Source: Anaerolineae bacterium (lineage in GTDB: Bacteria; Chloroflexota; Anaerolineae; Aggregatilineales; UBA3940). Taken from it: a stretch of 35,574 bases of DNA. Both the position numbers and the translations under genes were made by a program. Shown here piece by piece: positions 16,534 through 25,374 of this stretch. Location: the NCBI GenBank assembly GCA_016927375.1, contig JAFGMS010000139.1:1-35574 (forward strand), given 5' to 3'. The first letter of the stretch is position 1. The number at the start of each line of letters is the position of its first letter. The notes below the pieces were generated by a model. That model ran no database searches. It saw only the letters and a list, made by a program, of their open reading frames with translations, and was not told the DNA's origin.

Positions 16534-18598
16534 ATGTTTGCTTGGGCACACAGTACTTGTCAAACCAATCGAGCATCTGCTGCAGGCGGCTGGCGCGGTG
16601 GGCGGGCTCGCCGCTGCGTGACAGCTCGTGGCCGTCACGCGGGTAGCGCAGGAACTCGACCGTCCCGCCGCTGCGGCGAACCATGGCAAATAGCTGCTCC
16701 GACTGCTCGATGGGAACCCGGAAATCGTTCTCGCTCGCCAGGATCACCAGCGGTGTCTTGATGTGGTGGGCATAAGCTGCCGGAGAGTACTTCCACAACA
16801 ACTCCGGCTCTTCCCATGGCTCCACATCGAACTCGTCACTGATCAGGGTGGGGATATCGGATGTACCGTAGAAGCTGGTCAGGTTGTAGACGCCGCGCTG
16901 GGCAAAGGCGCAGGCAAAGCGATCGGTGTGGCCGGCTACCCAGGCGGTCATGAACCCGCCATAGGAACCACCGGTGACGGCCATCCGGTCCGGGTCGACG
17001 AAGCCTTTAGACAACAAGGCATCGATGCCCGCCATCAGGTCGGGGAAATCGGCTTCACCCCAGCCGCGGTACAGGGCGCGCCGGAAAGCCTCACCGTAGC
17101 CTTCACCGCCGCGCGGATTGCAGTAGAAGACCACGTACCCTCGCGCTGCATGGAGCTGCCACTCGTGCCACATGGTGCGGGAGCCGGGTCCCCACATGAC
17201 GTGTGGTCCGCCGTGGATGTTGAAGGCCAGAGGATATGACTGACCTTCTTCGTAGCCGGGCGGCAGGATGTACCAGCCTTGTATCTCGGTCCCGTCGTGG
17301 GATTGGAAACGCATCTCCTGCGTGGGCTGGACGATGACCTCGTCGAGCAAGGCTGTGTTAGCCTCGGTGAGCTGCTGCGGGCTATCGGCATCGACGGGCT
17401 GCCAGAACAGCTCCGACGGGTTCTCCGGCGTGCCGGCGCTGAAGGCGATCCCGCCCCCGGCCGATATATCGACATCTTCAACCTGCATGCAGCCGGGAAT
17501 GACCTTCTCGACCACGCCGGTGGCGACATCGGCCTGATAAACCTCGGTATTTCCCTGGTCCCCGGCTAAAAAGATGATCGCCCGGCTGTCAGCCGTCCAG
17601 CGGAAGCCCGACCAGGGCCGGTTGGCGGTCATGGCCAGCGAGCGATCCAGCGCCAGGGTCAAGTCGCGGGGGGCGCCTCCATCAGAAGGGATCAACGCCA
17701 GCCGCGTTATGTGCGTGTACATGTTCTGATGGGGGATGCGATTGTAGGCAATCCACCGGCCATCCGGTGAGGGAAGAGGATTGCCGCCGGCATACTCATC
17801 ATCGGTCAGACGCTCCTCAGCGCCGTCGGCTAAACGTATCCGGTACAGACACCTGGAGCGCGACGGCTCGTCGCTTTCCGGCTCCGAAGCCCGCGCCGTG
17901 AGGATGTATTGGCCGTCCGGCGTCCACCGGGGCTCATCGTGGTGGGCATCGATGCCCGTCAGGCGGCGCGGCCTGGCCTCTTCCTTGCTCAGCCCGGCGG
18001 CAGCGGGCATCACATAAATCTGGTCAAAACGGTCATCGAGGAAAGAGGTGCCCTGGCGGTAGGGAATGCGCCATACCGGGCGCGGGTCCCAGCGCTCGGC
18101 CTCTTCATGCTCCTTGCGCTCGACCTGCTGTGTAGCCTCGAATTTGTCTGCCGGAGGCGGATCTTCCTCACCCCGATCTTCTCCGGCGCGCTCTTCGGCG
18201 TTCACCTTCGATAGAAAGGCTATCTGTGTCCCGTCGGGCGACCAGGCAGCGCGGCCGGCGCCGTTGGGCATGGCAGTCAGCGCGCGGGCCTCGCCACCCG
18301 GCCCATCGATGGGCAGCAGGTAGATTTGAGGCTTCTCGCCCCGGCCCGAGGTAAAAGCCAGCACTCTGCCGTCCGGTGACCAGCGCGGCTGCGAATCCTT
18401 GCCGCTGTAAGTAAGCCGGACGGGTTTCTCCCCATCTGTTGGAGCCAACCACAGGTTGCGCTGATAGGCGTCCTCGATCTTATCGATGGTCACCTGGACA
18501 TAGGCGATATAGCGACCGTCCGGGCTGATGGATGGGTCTTCGATAGCAACGAGCTTGTAGAGATCGTCGATGGTTATGGGACGTTTGTCGTTGGACAA
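16532..18598 (-). CDS. S9 family peptidase (acylaminoacyl/dipeptidyl peptidase, beta-propeller + alpha/beta hydrolase)
   Basis: WSPDG repeats, IHGGP, GGSYGG nucleophile, DFRVP, DGHEL; TTG start with GGAGG RBS. Confidence 0.95.
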   Translation of the reverse strand: MSNDKRPITIDDLYKLVAIEDPSISPDGRYIAYVQVTIDKIEDAYQRNLWLAPTDGEKPVRLTYSGKDSQPRWSPDGRVLAFTSGRGEKPQIYLLPIDGPGGEARALTAMPNGAGRAAWSPDGTQIAFLSKVNAEERAGEDRGEEDPPPADKFEATQQVERKEHEEAERWDPRPVWRIPYRQGTSFLDDRFDQIYVMPAAAGLSKEEARPRRLTGIDAHHDEPRWTPDGQYILTARASEPESDEPSRSRCLYRIRLADGAEERLTDDEYAGGNPLPSPDGRWIAYNRIPHQNMYTHITRLALIPSDGGAPRDLTLALDRSLAMTANRPWSGFRWTADSRAIIFLAGDQGNTEVYQADVATGVVEKVIPGCMQVEDVDISAGGGIAFSAGTPENPSELFWQPVDADSPQQLTEANTALLDEVIVQPTQEMRFQSHDGTEIQGWYILPPGYEEGQSYPLAFNIHGGPHVMWGPGSRTMWHEWQLHAARGYVVFYCNPRGGEGYGEAFRRALYRGWGEADFPDLMAGIDALLSKGFVDPDRMAVTGGSYGGFMTAWVAGHTDRFACAFAQRGVYNLTSFYGTSDIPTLISDEFDVEPWEEPELLWKYSPAAYAHHIKTPLVILASENDFRVPIEQSEQLFAMVRRSGGTVEFLRYPRDGHELSRSGEPAHRASRLQQMLDWFDKYCVPKQT

Positions 18599-18609
18599 GG
18601 CAACCTCCG

Positions 18610-18644
18610 GATTGACGATTGACGATTGATGATTGACGATTAAA
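18610..18644. repeat. 7-bp tandem array (GATTGAC x5, degenerate)
   Basis: GATTGAC GATTGAC GATTGAT GATTGAC GATTAAA abutting the peptidase RBS. Confidence 0.85.
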
Positions 18645-18664
18645 AGACAGCCCTGAGTTACGGA

Positions 18665-19366
18665 TTACGTTTGACGTTTTTTCTCTTCACGTTTTATGGC
18701 TTGCAAGTAATCACAGTCCTGCCGGAGCACACATCGATCACATTCCGGACCGCGCGCGTGGCACACCTGCCGGCCGTGTTGGATGACCTGCAGGTGGAAG
18801 GCGTAATAATCCTCAGGAGGGACGATCTCCTCCAGCACAGTGTGAGCCTTCTCGGCGCTTGTTTTCTTGTCGATCAGTCCCAGCCGCCCGGTCACTCTGT
18901 GGACATGGGTGTCGACAGGGAAAGCAGGCAGCCCAAAGGCGAAGCACAGGATGATGGCAGCCGTCTTGGGCCCAATGCCATCGATGCCGGTCAGCCAGGC
19001 TTTGGCTTCCTCGACGGGCATATCCGCCAGATGATCGAGGGTGATGCTGCCCTGGGTCTCGGTGAGGTGGCTCAGCGCGGCCTGGATGCGCGGCCCTTTC
19101 CGGTTCGACAGCCCGGCCGGGCGGATGGCCTCGATGATGTCATCGACCGGGGCATCGCGTACCGCTTCCCAGGCCGGGAAGCGCTCTTTGAGCGCATCGA
19201 AGGCCTTGTCGCGGTTGGTATCGGATGTGTTTTGCGAGAGAATGGTGCTCACCAGCTCATCGACGGGGGGCAGATGCTGCCGCCAGGTGGGATGACCGTA
19301 CTCCTGGGATAGGGCTTCGGCCAGTCGTTTGTACCTTGCTTTGAGGTTTTGCAGGTTGTCGCTCAT
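18665..19366 (-). CDS. nth: Endonuclease III-like HhH-GPD DNA glycosylase with 4Fe-4S cluster
   Basis: ILSQNTSD, GIGPKTA HhH, VDTHV, C-x6-C-x2-C-x5-C. Confidence 0.9.
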   Translation of the reverse strand: MSDNLQNLKARYKRLAEALSQEYGHPTWRQHLPPVDELVSTILSQNTSDTNRDKAFDALKERFPAWEAVRDAPVDDIIEAIRPAGLSNRKGPRIQAALSHLTETQGSITLDHLADMPVEEAKAWLTGIDGIGPKTAAIILCFAFGLPAFPVDTHVHRVTGRLGLIDKKTSAEKAHTVLEEIVPPEDYYAFHLQVIQHGRQVCHARGPECDRCVLRQDCDYLQAIKREEKKRQT

Positions 19367-19455
19367 CAGTCTCTATTTCCCGAGCATCAGGCAATGGGCG
19401 TCATGATACCACGTATGGTCGATGTAATACCAGAAGCTCATGGCGCATCTAGGTA

Positions 19456-19518
19456 ATGTGGCATATGGCTGATGGCTTATGGCATATGGCTGATGTTGGT
19501 GAACGGTAAGCTGTGTAC
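19456..19518. repeat. Degenerate 7-bp tandem array (9 units)
   Basis: ATGTGGC ATATGGC TGATGGC TTATGGC ATATGGC TGATGTT GGTGAAC GGTAAGC TGTGTAC. Confidence 0.8.
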
Positions 19519-19627
19519 TCATCACTACTTTGAGAGATATAGAATAGATACAAATAGCAGCAACGGGTGATTTGATTGCTCAAGACCATCATTTTTTGGC
19601 TCAACGTGAAAGGTAGGGACTGCCCCA

Positions 19628-19656
19628 ACCCTAAGGGTTTTCAAAACCCTTAGGGT
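19628..19656. repeat. REP-like perfect palindrome
   Basis: ACCCTAAGGGTTTT-C-AAAACCCTTAGGGT, 14-bp arms. Confidence 0.8.
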
Positions 19657-19746
19657 CTTCCGAGGATCGCGAACGGGTCCAGAGAGGGTCAGAAACGAGT
19701 CTAGACTCGTTCCCGGGTTGCTCAGCACTCAGCACTTGCCACTTCG

Positions 19747-20010
19747 GTGACACAGCTCGGCAACCTGGATGTAGGCCAGATCAAAAAAGGAAATTCCTAT
19801 AAGATCGAGTTAGCAAATGAAGCAATGGTGCTCCGGCTGGATGAACACAGCGATGTTGGCTTGGAGGCCGTCAAGCGTTATGGCATCCGAGGGCTGCCCA
19901 CCCTGATCGTGGTGAATGGGTGTGGAAAGGCAGTTGCCAGTTATGGTGGTGTGCCGGATGCGGACAGAATAGCCGAGGTCGTGCGCGGCATACCTGCCTG
20001 TAATCCGTAA
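19747..20010 (+). pseudogene. Thioredoxin-like C-terminal fragment
   Basis: VLRLD...RYGIRGLPTLIVVNGCG matches the thioredoxin cis-Pro region; no CxxC; in-frame TAG at 19702 upstream. Confidence 0.6.
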
Positions 20011-20041
20011 TCTGCATGCAGTTGAGGAGGTCAGGCCATAG

Positions 20042-20659
20042 ATGTCCATATCGATCAGCGCTGCAATACTGGCGGGTGGGCAAAGCTCCCGTATGGGAGC
20101 TAACAAGGCTTTTGCTCTGGTTGGCGGGCGGTCCATCATCGAGCGGGTCATCGAGCGGGTGGCCTCTCTTACTGATGAGTTGGTGATTATTGCCAATAAA
20201 CCTTCTGAGTATGTCCGGCTGGGTTTGCCTGTCTTCACCGATCTACTTCCCGGTAAAGGACCTCTAGGCGGATTATACACGGCTATTACTCGGACTCGCG
20301 CGGAACACACGCTGGTGGTAAGCTGCGATCAGCCCTTTCTCAACCCGGAGCTGCTGCGCTACCTGATCAATCTCAGAGAAGGTTACGATGTCGTTGTACC
20401 TCTTAGCGGGGACGATTATCCCCAGAGCATGCATGCTGTCTATGGCAAAGGCTGTCTGGAACCGATCCGCCGCTGTATTGATGCTAAAGAGCTTAAAGCA
20501 ATCGGTTTTTTGGACAAGGTGCTTGTTCGCCGTGTCGGCAGTGCAGAGATCGAGCGCTTCGACCCGGACCGTTTGAGCTTCTTCAACGTCAATACCCCCG
20601 ACGATCTCAAGCAGGCTGAGCGGTTGGCTTGCTCATCACATCCTACAAAGATGGAATAA
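20042..20659 (+). CDS. mobA: Molybdenum cofactor guanylyltransferase
   Basis: ILAGGQSSRMG, GPLGG, VSCDQPF, FFNVNTPDDL; GGAGG RBS. Confidence 0.95.
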   Translation: MSISISAAILAGGQSSRMGANKAFALVGGRSIIERVIERVASLTDELVIIANKPSEYVRLGLPVFTDLLPGKGPLGGLYTAITRTRAEHTLVVSCDQPFLNPELLRYLINLREGYDVVVPLSGDDYPQSMHAVYGKGCLEPIRRCIDAKELKAIGFLDKVLVRRVGSAEIERFDPDRLSFFNVNTPDDLKQAERLACSSHPTKME

Positions 20660-21827
20660 GGCTGATGGCAAAGAAAAGACAGCCTACCACCATGCTCATC
20701 ACTGTCCCGGCAATAATTACCGTCCCCATAGACACCAGGATATTCAGCTTATGCGCGGCTTTGACGGCATTGGCCATCTGCAAGAATTGGTAGATGCTTG
20801 CAACCAACGAACCCACAGCCAGGATCGCCGGAGAGAAAGGCGCAAGCAGCCACACGGGAATTTGCACGATGCTGGTAGCAACCAGGCCAATGGTCAGAGC
20901 TAGGGTCAATTGAATGATATCCCCTTTGCCGCCCAGCCGCTCGGCTACAGCGTTGACAGCAATGGCCAGGAACATCTGACCGACAAACGTTAACAGCACC
21001 GTCAGGATCAGGTACACCGCAAAAATCGTGCCAAACGCGGCTGCTACCTCAGGCGAGATGCGGGGAATCGAACCGCCGCCTGTGGCAGCCACCAAATAGT
21101 TATAAGCAGGCCTGAGTGCCGGATAGATCCAATTGGCGCTATTGAATTCCTCAATAGCCGCCAGCATTTCATTGAGCGATTGGATCGCGGGCGAAAGCAG
21201 AGAGTCGGGATTGCGCCCGACAGCAAGCAGCAGTACAAAAAAGAGGAGAGCCGCCAACACCTGCAAGAACACCGCAACGTTAATATTGATCAGGATGTGG
21301 GGCACCGAGCCATACTGCACCTCTTCATCGTAAGGGCCGATGATCTTGAAGATCAGGGCGTTTGCCCAGGCACTGGTCAGATCGAGTAAGGTGCGTGGCG
21401 CCGGCTCTCTGCAACTGGGAATCAGGATAGCATCGGAGACATACTCTCCATCGCCGGCAGGCTTTTCAAGCAGGCCGGCACGCCATTGCTCCTCGGGAGG
21501 GAGCTCGCTGCCAGGAGAGGGTGAGGCTTGGATTTGTGAGGATGGCGGCTCCGGCCCAGTATCATCTCCTGGAAGCGAAGCGCCCAGTTTGCTCAAGCCC
21601 TTGAGGGCAGCCTCACTACGAGGATTGATCGTCAGGACATTCTGAAGACAGATGATGCGTTCTTCATCGGTGTCCACGCAGGTGCTGAGCCACAACCAGG
21701 CCTGCTCGTGAAGCTGATCCTGCTCGACCACCTTCATCAGCTTCTCTCTGCCTGTCGCCTTATCGCCGGCCCGGATAGCGGCCACGCCCTCCCGGTAAAG
21801 ACGATCTGTTTCACTTGAGTCTGCCAT
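20643..21827 (-). CDS. Hypothetical membrane protein (N-terminal TPR-like repeat, C-terminal Yip1-like TM bundle)
   Basis: AIRAGDK...EQAWLWLS...LTINP helical repeat, Pro-rich linker, about five TM helices; GAGGGGG RBS. Confidence 0.8.
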   Translation of the reverse strand: MADSSETDRLYREGVAAIRAGDKATGREKLMKVVEQDQLHEQAWLWLSTCVDTDEERIICLQNVLTINPRSEAALKGLSKLGASLPGDDTGPEPPSSQIQASPSPGSELPPEEQWRAGLLEKPAGDGEYVSDAILIPSCREPAPRTLLDLTSAWANALIFKIIGPYDEEVQYGSVPHILININVAVFLQVLAALLFFVLLLAVGRNPDSLLSPAIQSLNEMLAAIEEFNSANWIYPALRPAYNYLVAATGGGSIPRISPEVAAAFGTIFAVYLILTVLLTFVGQMFLAIAVNAVAERLGGKGDIIQLTLALTIGLVATSIVQIPVWLLAPFSPAILAVGSLVASIYQFLQMANAVKAAHKLNILVSMGTVIIAGTVMSMVVGCLFFAISLIPSL

Positions 21828-21879
21828 AACATTCCCCCCTCAATAGAGTGGTCGTCACAATACAAAAGTAACATCTGCC

Positions 21880-22052
21880 GTAACTACTCAGTCTTAGCTG
21901 TTGGCTCTTAGCTTTTAGCTTTTAGCTTTTCAAGCTTCGATCTGTGCTTGTAAACTCAGGCTGGATACTCGTCACGTCTCACGTTTTACATATTTACCTT
22001 TTGTGCATCGCTTATGGCCACAGTAGAGAGCACCAGATAGCTGAGTAGTTAC
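21880..22052. mobile_element. 173-bp MITE with perfect 12-bp TIRs and 8-bp target-site duplication
   Basis: GTAACTACTCAG (21880-21891)...CTGAGTAGTTAC (22041-22052), flanked by direct repeat CATCTGCC (21872-21879, 22053-22060). Confidence 0.92.
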
Positions 22053-22103
22053 CATCTGCCTATATCCCGATTGTACTCAGAAGACAGCATGGTGAAAGTA
22101 TCA

Positions 22104-22128
22104 GGGCATAGCAAATTCTGCTATGCCC
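22104..22128 (-). terminator. Probable terminator after fhs
   Basis: GGGCATAGCA-AATTC-TGCTATGCCC 10-bp stem 28 bp past the fhs stop; weak U tract. Confidence 0.55.
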
Positions 22129-22156
22129 CGGCTGCGTTCGGTGAAGTGCCAAGCTT

Positions 22157-23929
22157 TTAGAACAGTCCTTTGATCCTCCCCGTCTCCACATCGATATCGA
22201 TATCCATGTAGGCTGCATGCGTCGCCATGCCGGGCATGGTGCTCATCTGCCCCAACAGTGGGTAGATGAAGCCGGCCCCCGCACTGGCACGCACCTCGCG
22301 CACGGGGATGGTAAAGCCGGTCGGCGCCCCCTTGATCGTTGGGTCAGCAGTGAAGCTCAGATGCGTCTTGGCCATGCAGATCGGCAGATTGCCAAAACCA
22401 ATACGCTCGTAATTGGCAATCTGCTCTTCAGCTATCGGTTCATAGCTCACGCCATCGGCGCCATAAATCTCTTTGGCAATATGCTCGATCTTCTGTTTGA
22501 TGGGCCACTCCAATGGGTAGAGGAACTTGAAATTGCTGGGCTTATCGCAAGCTGCCACAACGGCCTCGGCCAGTTTAGCCGCGCCTTTGCCGCCATCAGC
22601 CCAGTGGGTGCTCTTGACAGAGTCCTCGGCGCCCTGAGATGCAGCATACTCGCGCACCATCTCTAATTCGGCATCCGTATCATCCTTGAAACCGTTAACG
22701 GCAACTACTACCGGGACGCCATACTTAAGCGCGTTCCGGATATGCCGCCCCAGGTTTGGCAGGCCCGCTTCGAGAAGTGGGAGGTTCTCTTTAGTGTAAG
22801 CCTCATCAAGCGGTTTGCCGGGGGAAACCTTGGGGCCCCCGCCGTGCATCTTGAGAGCGCGAACCGTCGCTACCAGCACGACACAGTTGGGGATCAACCC
22901 CGAGTAGCGGCACTTGATACCGAAGAATTTCTCCATGCCGATATCCGCGCCGAAGCCGCTTTCCGTCACGACGTAATCGGCCACCTTGAGCGCGATCTGG
23001 TCAGCGATGATGGACGACTGGCCATGTGCGATGTTGGCAAATGGCCCGGCATGAACGAAAGCAGGCTGTCCTTCGAGTGTCTGCATCAGGTTGGGCATCA
23101 GCGCGTCCCGCATGAGGACCGTCACTGCGCCTGCCACGCCCAGCTGCTCCAGGTTAACCGGGTTGCCTTTCTTGTCGAGGGCAACCACGATCTTGCCGAA
23201 ACGCTCGCGCATATCCTTAAGACTGGTAGCTAGTGCCAGGATGGCCATGATCTCGCTGGCAACGGTGATATCGTAGCCGGTCCTGCGAGGGAAGATGGGG
23301 CTGGGCGAGCCGTCCTTCATCAGCCGCTCAGCATCGCCAAGCCCAACATCGATCTGGCGCAGCATGCGATCGCATACATCCACCACGCGGTTCCAGGTGA
23401 TGGTGTCAGGGTCGATGTCCAGCCGTGTAATGCCGGCCTTCCCCAAGCCCACATCTGACTGGCGGCTTTCGTGGTACATGCGTGTATCGAGCGCGGCGGC
23501 GACCAGGTTATGCGCGACGGTGATGGCATGAATGTCACCGGTCAGGTGCAGGTTAAAGTCCTCCATCGGGATGATCTGGCTGTAGCCGCCGCCCGCAGCG
23601 CCGCCTTTGATGTTGAAGGTTGGGCCCATACTGGGCTGGCGAATGCAGCACATGACATTCTTACCCAGCTCTGAACCGAGCGCCTGGGTCAGCCCGACCA
23701 TGGTCGTCGATTTTCCCTCACCTAGAGGTGTGGGTGTAATAGCGGTTACATCAATGTATTTGCCCTGTGGGCGATCTTTCAACCTATCGAGCACATCCAA
23801 ATGTACCTTGGCTTTGTATTTACCATAGAGTTCGAGATCGTCTTCTGTAAGGCCTAATTGACTGGCGATCTCAACGATGGGTATCAGGGGGGTTGCTTGG
23901 GCGATCTCAATGTCACTGGGTACAGGCAT
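22157..23929 (-). CDS. fhs: Formate--tetrahydrofolate ligase
   Basis: [49 protein letters not shown]; start at MPVPSDIE with GGAGG RBS. Confidence 0.97.
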   Translation of the reverse strand: MPVPSDIEIAQATPLIPIVEIASQLGLTEDDLELYGKYKAKVHLDVLDRLKDRPQGKYIDVTAITPTPLGEGKSTTMVGLTQALGSELGKNVMCCIRQPSMGPTFNIKGGAAGGGYSQIIPMEDFNLHLTGDIHAITVAHNLVAAALDTRMYHESRQSDVGLGKAGITRLDIDPDTITWNRVVDVCDRMLRQIDVGLGDAERLMKDGSPSPIFPRRTGYDITVASEIMAILALATSLKDMRERFGKIVVALDKKGNPVNLEQLGVAGAVTVLMRDALMPNLMQTLEGQPAFVHAGPFANIAHGQSSIIADQIALKVADYVVTESGFGADIGMEKFFGIKCRYSGLIPNCVVLVATVRALKMHGGGPKVSPGKPLDEAYTKENLPLLEAGLPNLGRHIRNALKYGVPVVVAVNGFKDDTDAELEMVREYAASQGAEDSVKSTHWADGGKGAAKLAEAVVAACDKPSNFKFLYPLEWPIKQKIEHIAKEIYGADGVSYEPIAEEQIANYERIGFGNLPICMAKTHLSFTADPTIKGAPTGFTIPVREVRASAGAGFIYPLLGQMSTMPGMATHAAYMDIDIDVETGRIKGLF

Positions 23930-24096
23930 TTGATTTCCTCCTATTTGGCAATTGAACATAACAGGCAAGAAAGTCTGGGGTAGGCGTATAATTGCGTCAA
24001 GATGATTATATTGCCCTTCACTATGATACTCACTTAGCCGCTTTACACTAAATGCAGCATCGATGTGCCGGGCGCGTCAACGCGCGCGTACGCGCG

Positions 24097-24126
24097 TTGA
24101 CGGCTGACCAAGCACCGTGTTATACT
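24097..24126 (+). promoter_or_regulatory. Sigma70-type promoter upstream of the AKR-rho genes
   Basis: TTGACG-18 bp-TATACT with TGn extension; the -35 lies in a palindrome at 24075-24102. Confidence 0.65.
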
Positions 24127-24375
24127 TCGATCAGGATTTCCCTTGTCTCCTAATAACTTGGTAAGATTCCTGCTCGCTCGCCTTCACAAGGTATAGCGCA
24201 TCCACAGTGAGTTGCCCAACCTAGCATGAGGTTTGCTGGCAGCAATAGCCCTAAAGGTCAATCTGCAGGGTATTCTATCAAAGCAATTATTACTTGAATC
24301 AAGCAGAGCCAACGGTTCGGCATGCATAAGCCCTTGAAGTATGTATCTTAAAGCCTATATAAGATCGGTCAACCA

Positions 24376-25314
24376 ATGACTGGACAACCAATACCCCCCA
24401 TGGTGTCACTGGGCGCAAGTGATGTGCGTGTCAGTCCTTTAGGTATTGGAGCCTGGGCCTGGGGCGCACGCTCCTTTTGGGGTGACTATTCGGTCCCGGA
24501 TCTACAAGCTGCCTTCGACACCAGCCTGGGCGGAGGCGTCAACTTCCTGGACACTGCCGAAATCTATGGATCTGGGCGTTCCGAGACTCTAATAGGAACA
24601 TTCCTGCAGGCCACCGACAAAAAGCCTTTTGTCGCTACAAAATTCTTTCCTCTTCCCTGGCGCTTAACGAAAGGTAGTTTTAAGAAGGCTCTCCAGGGCA
24701 GCTTAAAACGTCTGGGTTTACAGAAGATTGATCTCTATCAGATTCACTGGCCAAGCCCTCCTATGCCCATCGATGTATGGGTTTCGGCTCTAGGAGACGT
24801 CATCGAGGCTGGACTAGTGCGTTTGGGAGGTATATCGAACTACAATGTCGAGCAGACCAGACAGGCCCATGCGCTTCTTGCAGATCGAGGGATCCATTTG
24901 ACTTCTAACCAGGTGCATTATAGTTTATTGCACCGCAATCCGGAACACAGTGGTTTATTAGACCTGTGCCGAGAGCTTAACATTACACTCATCGCCTACA
25001 GCCCCTTGGAGCAGGGTGTGTTGACCGGAAAATATACACCGAACACACCGCTGCCCGGCGTACGCGGGCGACGCTATGACCGTGACTTCTTGCTCCGGGT
25101 ACAGCCGCTCATCGGCCTGATGCGAGAGATCGGACAGGCATATGGAGGAAAGACCCCAGTGCAAGTTGCGGTCAATTGGGTTATCAGTAAAGGGGCATTC
25201 CCCATTCCTGGTGCTCGTAACGCACGCCAGGCCCAGGAAATCTTAGGATCGTTGGGTTGGAAGTTAACCCATGACGAAGTATTTGCCCTGGAACAAGCAG
25301 CCGAGAAATCATGA
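24376..25314 (+). CDS. Aldo/keto reductase
   Basis: LGIGAWAWG, DTAEIYG, VATK, DLYQIHWP, ISNY, AYSPL, IPG. Confidence 0.95.
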   Translation: MTGQPIPPMVSLGASDVRVSPLGIGAWAWGARSFWGDYSVPDLQAAFDTSLGGGVNFLDTAEIYGSGRSETLIGTFLQATDKKPFVATKFFPLPWRLTKGSFKKALQGSLKRLGLQKIDLYQIHWPSPPMPIDVWVSALGDVIEAGLVRLGGISNYNVEQTRQAHALLADRGIHLTSNQVHYSLLHRNPEHSGLLDLCRELNITLIAYSPLEQGVLTGKYTPNTPLPGVRGRRYDRDFLLRVQPLIGLMREIGQAYGGKTPVQVAVNWVISKGAFPIPGARNARQAQEILGSLGWKLTHDEVFALEQAAEKS

Positions 25315-25374
25315 GAGCAAATCCTCTCTCAAATACATCCCGTTGGAGACAGGAAGGAAACAGGATACAAGCAA

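Noticed and set aside
19700-19830. Selenocysteine read-through restoring the thioredoxin
   Set aside because: The upstream in-frame stop is TAG, not TGA, and no CxxU/UxxC context is present.
20643-20659. 17-bp convergent overlap of mobA and the membrane protein
   Set aside because: Short tail-to-tail overlaps are common and carry no further signal.
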